Below, piece by piece: positions 26,999 through 41,362 of a DNA stretch of 61,202 bases. The position numbers were made by a program, and so were the translations under genes. This stretch comes from Azolla caroliniana (Eukaryota; Plantae; Polypodiophyta). The DNA lies in contig JBHGNT010000173.1 in assembly GCA_043228905.1 (NCBI GenBank), forward strand, positions 1-61,202, given 5' to 3'. How positions within the stretch are numbered: position 1 is the first letter of the stretch; each line of letters begins with the position of its first letter. Below the pieces are notes generated by a model. That model had not been told where the DNA came from, ran no database searches, and saw only the letters and a list, made by a program, of their open reading frames with translations.

Positions 26999-28513
26999 CC
27001 GATGCAAGTTCAACTCCTGGGGTCCCCTTACTGTCCTCATCTTCGTTTGAGCTTGATGAGTCGAAGTCTGACATTTTAGTCGTCTTCTTTTTTGTTTGCC
27101 TTGATTGTAATTTAGATGCCCTTTTCGGGGCCTTTACTGGGGAGGGCAATGGCTCCCTTAGAGTTACATAGCCTTGTATATAAGGCCTCAAGGTAACAAT
27201 AAGGTTTTGTGAGCTTTCTAGATCTTTTTTAAATGCTTCTGGCCCACAAGATTCCTTTATTAGAAGATCTTCAAAAGGGAACACTTTACGTACCCCCTTA
27301 GAGCACTCTATCATTACAACTAAGTTGGCCGACTCTGAATCTTCGTAGTCAAATCGTAGAATATGGCCATACATAAATGCGGTTTCATTTTCAAGCTACC
27401 CCTCTCCCTTCTTCTTTGTTGTATACAACATAACTTTTTTCTTTGAGTCGACGTATTGCATGCACCATTCCTTGTCTGTTAGATCATGGTCAGCAAGGTC
27501 TTCACCACCAGTAGCTGCTAATAGCTTTTTTTGGCTGACCTCATTGGGTGGTTGAGATTTTGTCTCCTCGTTGAAGAGAAGCTTTTTTCCTCTCTTCATG
27601 TTCTTGAGAGGTATTAGGGTCTGTGTTTCAATTGGAGAGCCCTGTATGCGGAGCTTTATCTTCTTCACAGGTCGGTCTGACAAGTTCTCAAACGACCTAT
27701 TTAAGAAAGGACATGTGAAATCATAAGTTAGGTGCAGTGATTCATCAAGTTTTAATGTGTTGGGGCCAACCTTTCCCCCCTATTCTATACATTCAATTGG
27801 ACAATACTGGTAGAAAGGACAGTTGAAAAGTGACTTGGTACCGGAATAAAAGCGGTTATGGCTCCAAGCCTTAGAAGAAAAAAGAAAGCATATTGAAGCC
27901 GCCAAGAAATATGCCGCACAACAAGACACATCATGATGGGATGTATTTTATAGTCATCAAAAAGGAATTATAGACAATTGTGTATTTGGTGATAATTGGA
28001 ATTTGGAAACACCATCCACATGGTCACTACAACATGATCTTGAAAATAAAACTCCGAAGCAACCAGCAAATGTGATTAAAGACAATTTGGTCCATCCACA
28101 ACAAAGAAACATATATGTGGGACTAAGGATGACATTCTCCGTAAAGGAGTGATCATGAATGTATTTTTGGCTATTAAGTGTAACTACATTCCGCTTGTAA
28201 CAAATCAAGTAATATAAAAGGATGTGTTTTGAATTCTTATGATTTCTAAAAAAATCATTTCTTATAAAATAACATTGGTTGTAAAGTTTGTGATGTAAAT
28301 TGAGAATGTAACTTTTTGAAATTACTCTTTTTTTAGTTACCTCTAAATCACCAAAATAGTCGATTTTTAACCTTTTTCATAGTATGTTTGAACATGTATA
28401 ATACTGGGATCAATGTGTTTTGTAAAATCATTGAAAAAGCCCTAAAATCAACCAAAATTTTCCTTATCCTTCCATTTATGTGCGATCCTTCCACTTGTGA
28501 ACGCAAACGTGTT
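26996..28513. mobile_element. Deleted copy 3 of the Sola-like ParB-MTase transposon
   Basis: 26996-27731 is the 5' part of the ParB gene; ~27735-27815 and ~27822-28513 are transposase pieces and the right end; TIR 28478-28513 is followed by CTTA. Confidence 0.85.
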
Positions 28514-29560
28514 CTTAGTGCATTTGATAACAATGTATCTAGATATCTTGGTCGTGTAATAAAACTTTACTTAGAGAACTGCAAGAAGTGTTCCTTATAG
28601 TACCAAATTTTAGATGGGAGTGGCTCTCACAGGGTGATCCATTTATATCCCGTGTAAATTTTCCATATTTCTTGGCGTATCACTTTATTACGATTTTCAT
28701 GAGAGAGAGTTTGATCATTCCCATGGTTGTACTTAAGGGGGGTTAGGTTATTAATATTTATGCCGTTTGCAATTAACCAACTCACCACTGTGTTATACCA
28801 AGACCTAGTGTCTCCAGACGCATGTAGGGATCGGGATGCCTCAAAGACTCGACGGGATATCCTATTTTGTGGTTGGCTCCGTATTCGATGAATAAAAACT
28901 ACCACTTGAAAGAGTGCTTCTATTAACATCGGGGGTAGACTGAACTCTGCTCTAATAATGTCATGTGGTACTGTCGATTTGCTTCGTAGTTGACGTGATA
29001 ACATCGTCACCAAAGGTCTCTCTAATTGCGTCCACATGAAAGATGGTAGACCCGGAGCCCATACTGTTGATGCATACATGAGGGAAGGGGTCACTAATGT
29101 GTCGAAGAGCTATCCCTTGGTCCGTGGCTCTTGAAAGTATGCCTGGTGGCATTGTATCTCTAAAAGTGAGAGGGATGCATACCCTCTCGTTAGCCTATCT
29201 TTAGTTGCCTGGGTCATCGAGACATTACCTGAACGAGCACCAAAAGTGACTCCCAAGTATACATATGATCCAACTACCTCAACTATTTTATGAGAGAGGG
29301 TTAGGTGACATTTACTCCTAACTCGGGACAATATATGAAAGATAAGGACTTTAGTTTTCGCTAGATTCACTACCAATCCTCGTTGTGTACAAAAGTCATC
29401 TAGGGCATTAAGATGCTTTTGCAGGTCGTGTTCTATCTCCGAGAGCAAGACAATGTCGTCTGCATAAAGTAAGAGGCTAAATTGGTTTTCCCCAATACCT
29501 ACTCCCTTCCCTCCCTTACGAGCAATAAATTCCGTGATCTCATTAATGTAGATCCCAAAT
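28514..29560 (-). mobile_element. Non-LTR RT fragment, copy 2
   Basis: LLYADDIV; colinear with 44904-45940. Confidence 0.85.
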
Positions 29561-29562
29561 CT

Positions 29563-29668
29563 ATCTAAAGTGTATACATATATGCCTGCCAAATCTGCAG
29601 TCGGGAGGGAGGAGGGGAAGTGGAAGGAGGCCCTCTTTTTTTGTGTTTGGGGGAGGGGGGGGGGGTTG

Positions 29669-29703
<35 letters not shown>

Positions 29704-29768
29704 CTAAAGCTATAATATCTTCTTGTGTGGTCTGTTTTCTAGGTCATTTGCCTATCCCAAAAGACAGT

Positions 29769-29819
<51 letters not shown>

Positions 29820-30539
29820 ATATATATATAGATGCGTATATACTCATCACAACCAAAAGCAACGCAATCATCACACGTCTATCATCATCATCTCTGTGTG
29901 TGTGTGTGTGTGTGTTTGTGTACCAAGGTCTAGAGTAGATTGCATGGCACCATTAATACATACATACTTTAATTATACATATATATTCCAAATTTCATTC
30001 CGTAGTAGGTACATTTCTTTAGATAGATAGGAAGCCTAGGTTTTGTTATCCTGAGTTGGGGTTGTTTTGTCTCTTTTGAGAGAAAGAAATTCCTCTTTCC
30101 AACAAATGCCAAACCTTGGTTTCCTATCATTTTCTTTAAGGTTGGTCTTGTCTTGTCTTGTCTTTACCATTCATCTACATACTTGAGTCTTGCACAATAT
30201 CCTCACGTGGATTAATTAAACCTTCTTCTCTTTTAACTCGCTTGAAAAATTGACCGGAGATGGATAGAATAATATAACCCACAATGGTTGACGCGCACAT
30301 AATTCTAAATAATCAATTTTGTGAATTGATACAATTTGTTGTGTGCTTGCATCTAGACTCAAGGTGGCGATAATGACATATTAATCATCTCCACAGCACA
30401 ATGGTCCAACTATCATGCAAATGCACTCTCCCCATCTTTTTGTGTAGGTGGGCCAATATATAAGAAGAAAAAGTGAAAAAGGGACTCGAATATATATTAT
30501 TGACCCATGGGACTTTGTGTCTCTAAGATATATATACAT

Positions 30540-30586
<47 letters not shown>

Positions 30587-30620
30587 AATGTGTTATTTTC
30601 CACCACTAAAAAAAATAAAA
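29563..30620. repeat. Duplicate of the SSL upstream region
   Basis: Near-identical to ~21278-22300 including CT/TA/TG microsatellites; a third partial copy lies at ~48730-49130. Confidence 0.9.
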
Positions 30621-30694
30621 ATCTTTTTTGCTATTGTGGCTAAACCACCACCACACCCCCCCCCCCCCCCCCCCCTCCCAAAAAAAAAAAATCC

Positions 30695-31388
30695 TTGATA
30701 GTTCTCCCGCCATTTTGGCCACCCCAAACCCATTTTCGATTATCGATAGAACCTTCACTGAGAGAGGGGGGCTCTTATCAGTTTTATCAAAGACCATTTT
30801 CGTGCTCAGAATATCATCATTGTGGTGGATAAGCATAGCGAAAATAGAAAAGTCACTTTCAAGTGCTACTATGGGGGAAAATATCACACCCCTCTAGGAT
30901 TGACTGACGATACTCGCAAAAGACAAACGGGGACTCGTCTAATGGACTGCCCATTCTTCGTTAGAGCAAACTTCTCAAAGAAAACGGGACAGTGGACTAT
31001 TAAAAAGGCAGCTATTGCGCACAACCATCCTATTTTTGACAATCTCGGTGGTATATCAACGGCTCGTAGACTAACTGAAACATGAAAAGGCCATTGTTCG
31101 AGACTTGTCAAATGTTGGAACTGGTGCGTCTTCAACTCTGGCCTACTTGAGAGAAAAAACCGGAAATCAATGGACCACCAGAAAAGAAATCTACAATGAA
31201 AAAGTGGTTGCAAGAGCCGAGTTTCTTGACGGGCGCTCGCCAATTCAAGTGTTGTCATTGAGATCTCCACTGGCGACTTTATCTTCAATTTCAAGGTGAA
31301 CTCGAACGGCTCAATCAGTGGCCTTTTCTTTTGTCATCAGAAGTCGGCAGATCTTGCCAAACGGTTCAATGTGGTATTTGTCATGGAA
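30695..31388 (+). pseudogene. MULE/FAR1-like transposase fragment, copy C (longest)
   Basis: FKCYYGG..TRLMDCPFFVRA..WTI..HNHP, followed by the MULE-domain start LFFCH..FNVVFVM. Confidence 0.72.
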
Positions 31389-31389
31389 T

Positions 31390-32890
31390 CTAATAGAATC
31401 TAGTCACATGGAAACTTATGGAAATGGAGAAAATAACATGAAACTAATGACGGAAACTTCAATTGCTCGATAGAGACAATAAATAAGATTTGAACATGTA
31501 TTGTTTGGTAAAAGGAGATAGATTTTCTGTATTTATCAAATGCAACAATAGGTTTCTTGTGTTTATTGAATGCAATTATAGGTTTCTTGTGTTTATTGAA
31601 TACAATAAATGATGGTATGTTAAAGACATAAATTTCTTGGCTGGAGCTCAAGATTATAAAAAATGGAATCAAAAGGCAATTATCTAGTAGCTAGCTATCT
31701 AAAAACAACTTCTATGTATTTGTTGCTCTCTATATATCTCGAACGTTGACAATGATGTCCCTGTCATGTATAGCGTTGAAAGATATTATATAGTTTGACA
31801 AAACAAGTGGCCTCCTATTTCTTCGTCAATATACACAAGGTTTGACAATATGTGTGTGGGCCTCCTTGTGGGGGATATGGTACCCAAAAAAGAAAAAAGA
31901 CTTTCCACTCATTTCAATAACGACTTTCTTTATTTGTCATGTTCTTTCTTTCTTATAAGTATGCAAAACAAATGGCGCATATCTTAAGGCAACTTTAAAA
32001 ATCAGGTTAGGAAATTGCATCACTTTCTTCCAAAGTGAGCCCTTCTTAAATGGACAAAAGCCTTAATGGGCGTTCAACATTCCACATACCCACACACACA
32101 CGCACCACCATTGCAAAAAGCATTCTCTCTCACACGATACACCTCTCTTTCCTCTCTCAACGTGACTAATTGATCAAAACAAGGTGTTGGTTGTACCCTC
32201 TCCCCCTCGAAAAGATTACTCTACGGAGGGCACGCATACACAAACTAGTAGGTGCTTGGGGACATTACTTCAGTTGAAATGACCAAACAACATCATAATC
32301 TTCGGTTTTTATGGAAGCTTTGAATTACGTCAGCTTTGGCAAGATATGTACACCGAATGTTCAGCTCAAAGCCAGGATGGCCTTTTATGACATTCACTTG
32401 ACAACAACGTGGACGCCGAAGCCAAACCAATTTGTTTGGTATGCACACCATATTCTGAAGGTGGTTATCGTCCCTCCCATCACAGATAAATCAAGGATGC
32501 AGAGGTCTCAAACATCATTGTACGAATGTAGGTTGAGCAATATTACAATGGCCATGGCCATGGAGTTTTTAAAACGTTGATGATAATCGATCGGCCATAA
32601 ACACTAAATAGAGTAAACGTGAGGCACTATTGCCAAGGGTTGGGGTGGGGTGTCCCTGGACCCTTCTGTGTGTCTGTAAAGACATATCCCACCCAAAAAC
32701 TCAAGAACCCCTCTCTGTCCATGATTGCAGTATTGGAGAAGAGAGGAAAGCATTTTCTCAACAATACCTTGGACGCACAAGAAGAAGCAGAAGAAGAAGA
32801 AAAAGAAGAAGAGCATACACACCAATAGACCAAGAAGAGGAGCGCAAGGATTACCTGCCGGGAACAGTTTCCGCAATGATGAGGAAGGAC
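31390..32890 (-). pseudogene. Duplicated SSL intron 3/exon 3 fragment
   Basis: Colinear with 6075-7550 apart from an ~80-bp inversion. Confidence 0.85.
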
Positions 32891-35119
32891 TTCGAATCCG
32901 CAAATGAGAAGCTTCGAAGATCCACCCGTGAAAAGAACCTCGTAAGCCGATTTGACTACGATGAGTACATGGTGTACCATTACGCATTTATGATGAAGGT
33001 GGCAACTGTACGGGAGCCGGATACCTTTTCCGAAGCCGCGAAGGACCCGCGATGGATCGAAGAAATGAACGAGGAGATGCGTGCACTGCGCAAGAACGAG
33101 TCATGGGATCTCGTTCCCCACTCACTGCACAAGAAGGCAATTGGCTGTCGATGGATCTACCAGGTGCAGTATAATGCCGAAGGCTTCGTCAACCGCTATA
33201 AAGCTCGACTCATAACGAAAGGATATGAACAAACACATGGGGTTGACTATGAAGAGACCTTTGCCCCGGTGGCAAAGATGACTGCGGTGCGGACCGTTAT
33301 CACACTTGCAACGACAAAAGGGTGGTTCCTCCACCAAATGGACATCAAGAACACCTTTCTTCAAGGCGAATTAGAAGACGAGTTGTACATGGTACAACCA
33401 CCCGGCTTCGAATCACGCATTCATCCAAAAGTTGTTTGCCAACTTAAGAAGCCTCTCTACGGCCTCAAGCAGGCACCGCGTGCTTGGCATTCGAAGCTTA
33501 CGCAATAACTTCATCAAATCGGCTTTCGAATGTCAAAATCCGGCAACTCCCTCTACGTACGACATGACTCTAGAAGCCTAATTGTATCATCCTATACGTG
33601 GATGATCTGGTCATTGGAGGTGAAAGTCTAATCGATATCAACAAGGTCAAGTCCCTCCTCTACGGAAAATTCAAGATGACGAACATGAAGGAGCTCCATT
33701 ACTTCCTGGGGATCGAAGTAATTCAGATTCCGACCGGCATTATGATCTCTCAATGGCACTACATCCTCAACTTATTATACAAGTTCGGGATGACTGAGTG
33801 CAAATCAGTGGTCGCGCCTCTCAATTGGAACCTCAAACTAGATGTTGACTCCAGCACAGACGAGTGCGAGCCGACCCAATATCGTCAACTGATCGGGAGC
33901 CTCATCTATCTCACGATCACTCGACCGGACCTTAGCTATCCAGTCGGACTCCTAAGCCAATTCATGCAAAAACTACGTGACATTCACTTGGATTGCGCTA
34001 AACGAGCATTATGATACGTGAGCGACACAATGGATTACAGCATTCTCTACGCATTGACCACACCAATACGACCCAAAGGGTACATAGATGCAAACTGGGC
34101 AGGCTACAAAACTGATCGACGATCAACCTCTGGATTTGTCTTCTCGCTCGGTAGCGATGCAATATCTTGGAGTAGTAAGAAGCATCCTACCGTCGCACTT
34201 TCGAGTACGGAGGCCGAATACAGGGGCGCAGTCGTAGCTGCATGTAAAGTCGTATGGCTCAAGAGGATTTTGAAGGATCTGGGCGTCCCCATCAAGGATC
34301 CGACTCCCATTTACTGTGACAACATGACCAATATATATCTAGCTTGGAACTCGGTGTTCCACGTGCGCACAAAGCACATCAAAGTGCACTATCACTTCAT
34401 TCGAGAGTGCGTACAGGTCGGAGATGTCGACCTTCAAGACATCAACACGATTCTTCAGATGGCCGACATCATCACCAAAAGCCTTAGGAGTCGACAAGCT
34501 TTGGCTATTCATGTCAGACCTTGGATTGGCGATTCCTGGCTTGCCAAGCTTGAGGGGGAGTACAAGCGAGAACCAGATACCGTCCGACCGGATATTGTCC
34601 GAACTAGGTACGAGCCGAAACAGACCCCGGAGATCGTCCGAACCGGATACCAACCGAAACGGACATTAAACCCAACTTGAGCTTGAGGGAGCGTGTGGAG
34701 AATCAAGCTCAACATAGCACAATGTGTGAACACACCTTTTGCGAATCTATGATTACTCAAAGGTCAAGAGTCACACCACTACTCTCTACACATTAACAAT
34801 GTGTCACAGAATCATATTCTATGACACATAACTAATGAGTTACATATTCCCCGTGACTATGAGTCTTAACATTCCCTAAGAGAGAGAGTGGTTGTTGTAA
34901 GTTAATGAAGAGAGAGGCTGACTCTATATAAAGCACCCTCCTCATACTTTATACTAAGTTGGTTGTGACTACTTATTATGCTACACTTTGTAATTCTTAT
35001 TTTACTTGTGAAATATACACTTTCTTCTTGACTATTCCTTTTTCTATCTATCTTGTGTTCTCTCATCTCTCCTCTAATTCCTTTCACACATACACATAAC
35101 ACACATCTCTTCCGCTACA
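32890..35119 (+). mobile_element. Ty1/copia RT-RNaseH with PPT and probable 3' LTR
   Basis: HQMDIKNTFLQG, LYGLKQAPRAW, YVDDL, ITRPDLSY, DRRSTSG, LSSTEAEY, TKHI..HYHFIRE; purine tract at ~34684; TG..CA LTR-like segment ~34694-35119 with a TATA. Confidence 0.85.
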
Positions 35120-35680
35120 CAAGAATCATACATGATTCTTTACATGTCAATGTAAAAGGTACCCCAACCATAGCTTCTAGTCGATGTAGCTCACGTTCCC
35201 TTATTTTCTTAATTTTTTCTACTCCACGCCGACTTGTTTTGAAGCCCAACATACGAGGGCGTTTAGTTGTTCTTTGCATTTCTACTTCCTCAAGAGCGAG
35301 GCCGAACGGCGTAAGTGCATCCACATTCATCATCTCCCCTTGTTCCTGAAAATTTACACTAGTTACATGTTGATGAATAGTAAAAGGGTTAAGGTTAACA
35401 CTTTGTAATTTATTCTCCCTATGTTGTTTTAGCTCTAAAATATACCTACCTAGTCTCTTTACACTCGGGGTATCTAATAGTTTGGAGAGGGTGGGAGGGG
35501 GTCCTAATATGTCTTGGTATTCCACCCATATCTCGGCATGTGAAGTGAAGTGATGCTCATCCTCTATCTCTATGTGGCATAACCTACATAGCCTTTCCTC
35601 TCTAGGGACTCTATTAGCCCGACCATTCTCAATCTCAAGTTGGTGAGATGATATCCTAAGTTGTCCAATGGCCACCCTTA
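35120..35680 (-). mobile_element. 3' part of the non-LTR RT ORF (C-terminal Cys/His domain)
   Basis: VAIGQLRISSHQLEIENGR..PREERLCRLCH.EIEDEHHF; joins in frame to 44908 onward when the DNA transposon is removed. Confidence 0.85.
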
Positions 35681-38600
35681 AACACGTTCGCGTTCACAAG
35701 TGGAAGGATTGCGCATTCCAGTTGTAAAATCTTCTTGAAACTATCCAAATATACCCTCTCTATAAAAATTGGATGCACTAGTATCACATGTTCCACAACT
35801 TGATTAGAATTTGCAAATATAAAAATACATAATAGGTCTACGAGTGGAGATCATTAGAAATCATGCAAGTTTGGACATGTTGATAAGTTAATGTAGGCAT
35901 AATAAAGTTCAACAATGGCTCAATATGTCACTAATGTGCGACATGGGAAACTCTAAGTTAAAGACTTATATTAAATTGGTAAGTTTTACAAAAATATGAG
36001 GTGTACTTGTAACCATACTAATAAAATGAGTTATAATTTATACTTTGACCCATACTTGCATGTATATAATTCTGGACAATGTAGGATAGTGCACTTTAGG
36101 ATAATGTGATTGCAATAACTAACTTATTAAAGTATTTAATACTTGTATTTAAAGTTGATCTAATCTATTCCTCAGTTTGTTCGTATGCGATCAAACCATA
36201 TGTATATAATTGTGGACAATGTAAGACAGTGAACGTTAGGATAATGTGGTGGAAATAACAAACCTATTAAAGCTTTCATACTTGTATTTTAAATTGATCT
36301 AATCTACTGCTTAGGTGATTCAAACGGGATCAATCTCCGAATGATAACACTAGTGGAACTACAAGCATATAAAAACATGCGGATAACGCTAGTGGAACCA
36401 TTATCAACACACTACACAATCTAAGAAGCAATGGAATAGAAACATAATAGTTTTAACAATAGAAGACAAAGATCCATAATAACAACATGGACAGTCATGG
36501 CAACAATTCTACGACCATGTTATGTTAAGGTAAACTTTAACCAAAATCAGCCTCAATTTAAACTAATTCATGTTTCTCCATAAATTTGGTAGTTAGCAAT
36601 GCACGCGGTGAAACCAATGTCATAAGTCTACTAACCAAGTATATAAAAATAAAATTTAAACATATAGAAGATTATAAAGAATAGAATCCACCAAGTAAAA
36701 CCCAAAATTTGTATTAATAATCTGAAATCCAAACAATACATTTCGCGTTTTTAAAAGAGTTTATTGCATAGCAATCAAATCGTCAATGTCATTTTCTTCA
36801 TCATCCTGTATAGAAGTCTATTCAGCTATACATGCATTGGCTTCCCCTGTTAGCCGAGCCAACGAAATATCTTCCATAAGCTCATCATCAAGCTCGATTA
36901 GCTCCCCCGGTTCCCCGGCCAAAGGAGGAATAGGCTCTCGCGAAGTAGGTTGAAACCTTTCAGTATCAGCGAGGTTCTTTGCACCGACCTCCTCGTCCTG
37001 GTCTAGGCACTCCCACAAAGCCTTAATCCTCATGTTTATAAATATAACCTGCTTCTTGTCCTTCTCCAATGCAACTGTGTTTCTAAAGAGCTTCAATGCA
37101 CATGCGGACGTTGTTCCTGTGAAGAAAGTAACAAGAAGAATTAGTTCTCAAACAAAAAAGATTCAGTATTGGTTATCTCAAGATTGTTACCCTAGTTCGA
37201 GGAATACCTATGCCAGAAATGAGGTCTAATATCCAGTCTCCTTCGATAGAAAACATCTCGATCAAGCGCATCATAAGTCATTGAGGTTTTTGGTATGGGT
37301 TGACAAGTCCCCGTTTTGTCATGGTGACATGTCGCAATTTCTGTGTCACTGCGGGATATACCATCAGTTTTGAACCTCCCACTTCATTAGAATGCTCCTT
37401 GATTCTTTGTTTCTTAATTTCATCGAAGTAGCCAACCGTGATGTATTCAATGGCATTAACGAACCGAAAGGTTGGCCCTCTATTATTATATAACAAATAT
37501 TACATCGAGTTAAGAATAGATAGAACAATCTTAATAAAGGCAATATAGTGAATGAGACATATAAATAATCCTTACCATGCAAGGTTCTCGATGCCATGGC
37601 AACGAGATCTCAAAGCTTAAGCTACCGAGTACCGTTGGTCCAGACTATGAACGATAACTATTCTCCACAAGGATGTAGTCGTTAGCTTAGGAAAATCCTT
37701 GACCATCTTCTCCAACTGTTTAAACCTAAACGGTTCATCGTCATATGATGACCCTTCCATTCGAAATTCGTAAGGAATATCCGCAATCATTAGCATATAT
37801 TCCTTCTTTGGCACTTTTTGGATCATGTCAACGACATCGCCGCAAACCACATTGTAGTAAAGATCTCTCGTAATATCTTTTTTGTGGCTAAATTTTTTTA
37901 AGGAGCCATCTTCCTCCATTTCGTACGCCTTCACTAAGCGACGATCCTTTTCTTTTCTGGCCTTTCTTGAGATGTGCAAGGAAGGATGTTAAGAAATCGT
38001 GTATATCCTTAACTTCTCCTTGTTTATTGCCACGACACGGTTTCTAATAGAAGCAATAGGACATCAAGTTTTATTATACAAGCTCTACATATAATGAAAG
38101 CTTAATGAAAAACCACCAATACTAACCCAATCCCTGAATGCAATAAAATACTCCGATAACGCCTTATATGAAGACGTTAGAGGATAATCCTCGGTCACTT
38201 GTTCCCAAGTTATACATCCAAGTTGTTTCATCATAACTTCTTGGATCTTCATGTACATCTTATGACTGTGAAATTAGAAAACGTGAATAGAACTTTCAAT
38301 TGCACCATATTGACTTCAATATCACTATTTGAAAGACTTACTTATTGAACTTAGCGACCATTTCTTCAAGGCTTAAATCTTTGGCCACAACCCTTGACAA
38401 AACAGACACAAGAAGCTGCTAATCCTTAATACCTTGCATTGCTCTCCACAGAGACAGCTTCATATCGTCAGTTGCTTCTTCAATTGTCAAATCAATTTTT
38501 TTGGCCGCTTGTGACTTTAATTCTAGTTGAGGGTCTACCTTACATTTCTTTTGTCGTTGACTTCCTTATTCTCCCACATTGAGAAGATTTGAACTTGTAG

Positions 38601-39673
38601 GTCCCCTACTTCTCCATCTCTAAAGGCTAGTTGAAACCAAGATTCATATTTTCGAAGACCATCGGACATAACATTATCATCTACCACAATGCCGACTTCA
38701 TGCAAGCATTGACGTCGTAGGCCTGGATGTAGCTTCACACCAAACTTTTGTTTGACGTCCAAATACTCGTGGTGGAAGAACCTTATACACTCAATCGATG
38801 ACATTTTCTGCCTATAGTCATTATCATTATTGTGGTCCCATGCCAACAACTTTGCCTCTTCAGTTGTGAGACCCACTTAAATTTTGCATTGGGCATACTT
38901 GAAGGAGAAAGTCGTTGGATGTTCTCTGACAAGTTGCCGACGTGCCTCCACCGAATGCGATCCACCAATGACAAAGTAATTATATTGATCATGCTTTCTT
39001 ATATCAAAATCTTCAATGGTTTCACATTCTTCAAGATCCACCATAACAATAACAAGCACAACGGTAGCATGTGGACTAATTTTCATTTTTCTCTTAAGAT
39101 TTTGAACATGCATTCGGTGTGGCTCTCTAATCTCAACTGGTCTTCATCCTCTTTTTTCATCAATAGGAGGCTGATGGATGTGTGTTATAGGCAAATTAAA
39201 CACTTGCCCCTTCCTTACGAGTTTACGCTGCATTAACTCTCTCCGTATCTTATTCTGCTCGGATGACAACCCACCCGATGCAAGCTCAGCTCCTGGCGTC
39301 CCCTTATTATCCTCATCTTCATTTGAGCTTGATGAGTTGGAGTTCGACATTTTAGTCGTCTTCTTTTTTGTTGGCCTTGATTGTACTTTAGATGCCCTTT
39401 TCGGGGCCTTTACTAGGGAGGGCAATGGCTCCCTTAGAGTTACATAGCCTTGTATATAAGGCCTCAAGGTAAGAATAAGGTTTTGTGAGCTTTCTAGATC
39501 TTTTTTAAATGCTTCTGGCCCACAAGATTCCTTTACTAGAAGATCTTCAGAAAGGAACACTTTACGTACCCCCTTAGAGCACTCTATCATTACAAGTATG
39601 TTGGCCGAATCTGAATCTTCGTAGTCAAATCATAGAATAGCACCCATACATAAATGTGGTTTCATTTTCAAGT

Positions 39674-40119
39674 TGTCAAGAATAGTACTAAAACAAAGAG
39701 AGAATTAGTAGTAGAGAAGGGAAGTACTATTATTACTAAGAGGACGGGACTGCATAAGACTCCCGAGAGAGAGAAAAGACAAGAGGACAGAGAGAGAATT
39801 AGTGAGGACGAGAGAGAGACAGATAATGATAACATATGATATATTATAGGAAGAATAAGTACAAGATGGCTATGAGGCTTAAGACTGGCGTTCAACCAAT
39901 TTGGTTCAAAATAATGCCTAGTGTCTTCTTTTATAGTGTTCTCAAGAGTAATCCAGAAACTTCTAGAATGTTCCAGAGAAATCTAGAATATACATTAATT
40001 TCCTATAATAAAACTTAAATGAAAATAACATCGTACATATTACAATAGATGGTATAATGGTTAAGAGCTCGACCCATATAACATAAGGTCATGGGTTCGA
40101 GTCTTGTCATATCATGACA
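39674..40119. mobile_element. Solo LTR (446 bp) inserted in the ParB gene
   Basis: TGTCAAGA...TCATGACA termini; 5-bp TSD CAAGT at 39669-39673 and 40120-40124; absent from copies 1 and 3. Confidence 0.88.
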
Positions 40120-40953
40120 CAAGTTGCCCCTCACCCTGTTTCTTTGTTGTATACAACACAACTTTTTTCTTTGAGTCGACGTATTACATACACCATTCCT
40201 TGTCCGTTAGATCACGGTCAGGAAGGTCTTCACCGCCAGTAGCTGCTAATAGTTTTTTTTGGCTGACCTCATTGGGTGGTTGAGATTTTGTCTCCTCGTT
40301 GAAGAGAAGCTTTTTTCCTCTCTTCATGTTCTCCGGAGCTATTAGGGTCTATGTTTCAATTGGAGAGCCATGTATGCGCAGCTATATCTTCTTCACAGGT
40401 CGGTCTGACAAGTTCTTAAACGACCTATTTAAGAAAGGACATGTGAAAACATAAGTTAGGTGGTCACATAGATTAAGTTTGTATATTAAAATACAAATAA
40501 TTAGACGAAGACAAAAACTAGCATGCAATTTGTGGTAAACTATAAATATCAATCATGCATTGATTGAACGTGGTAGTCCTTTATTCAGAAATCCATTCTA
40601 GTAAGGGCTATTCAACTTAGATAATATATATCTTAATAAGAATACAAGGATATATATTATCTTGAAGGGTAGGTATGGCTTATATTGATTCCATATCCAT
40701 ATTCTAGAGAATTTGCATATGATAGATTCTGACTTTATTTTGGTATCGTAAAGGTAATTTGCGGGTTATTTTCTACTATTTTAAGCTATACTAGGTCATA
40801 AAACCTCTATAATTAAGGCCCCTATTTGTTACAAAATATGGCAAATCTCCATAAAAAAAGTCTAATTTTGACAGAAAGTTTGATATATTTTCACACAATA
40901 CTAAATTGTTGCCCGAAAGATACAATATTCCTCTTTGAATTGTGTGTTTTATA

Positions 40954-41362
40954 CAGGAACTCGATACACTGTATCGTGTTCCTGTATATAGTTCGTGTCT
41001 ATACATGAACTCGATGCAGGGTATTGAGTTCGTGTATCAAACACATACTTCCTATTTAAAACGTAAACATAATACAGGAACTCGATACGGCGTATCAGGA
41101 ATGCCGTATCAAGTTCCTGTTTAAAACGCAAACATAATCCAAGAAGTCGATACGGCGTATCGAGTTCCTCTTTCAAACAAAAACTTTAAACAGGAACTCG
41201 ATACATCGTATCGAGTTCCTGTATAATGTTTGTGTTTTATACAAGAACTCGATACGGCGTATCAAGTTCCTGTATAAAACCTAAACTTCAAACAAGAACT
41301 CAATAGGCCGTATCGAGTTGCTGGTTTTATACAAGAACTCGATACGGCGTATCGAGTTCCTG
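40954..41362. repeat. Palindromic tandem array, copy 2, inside intron 1 of the ParB-MTase gene
   Basis: About 8 units of GAACTCGATACGGCGTATCGAGTTC. Confidence 0.93.

Noticed and set aside
40043-40119. Functional tRNA gene
   Set aside because: A/B boxes are present but the acceptor and anticodon stems do not pair convincingly, and it lies inside a solo LTR
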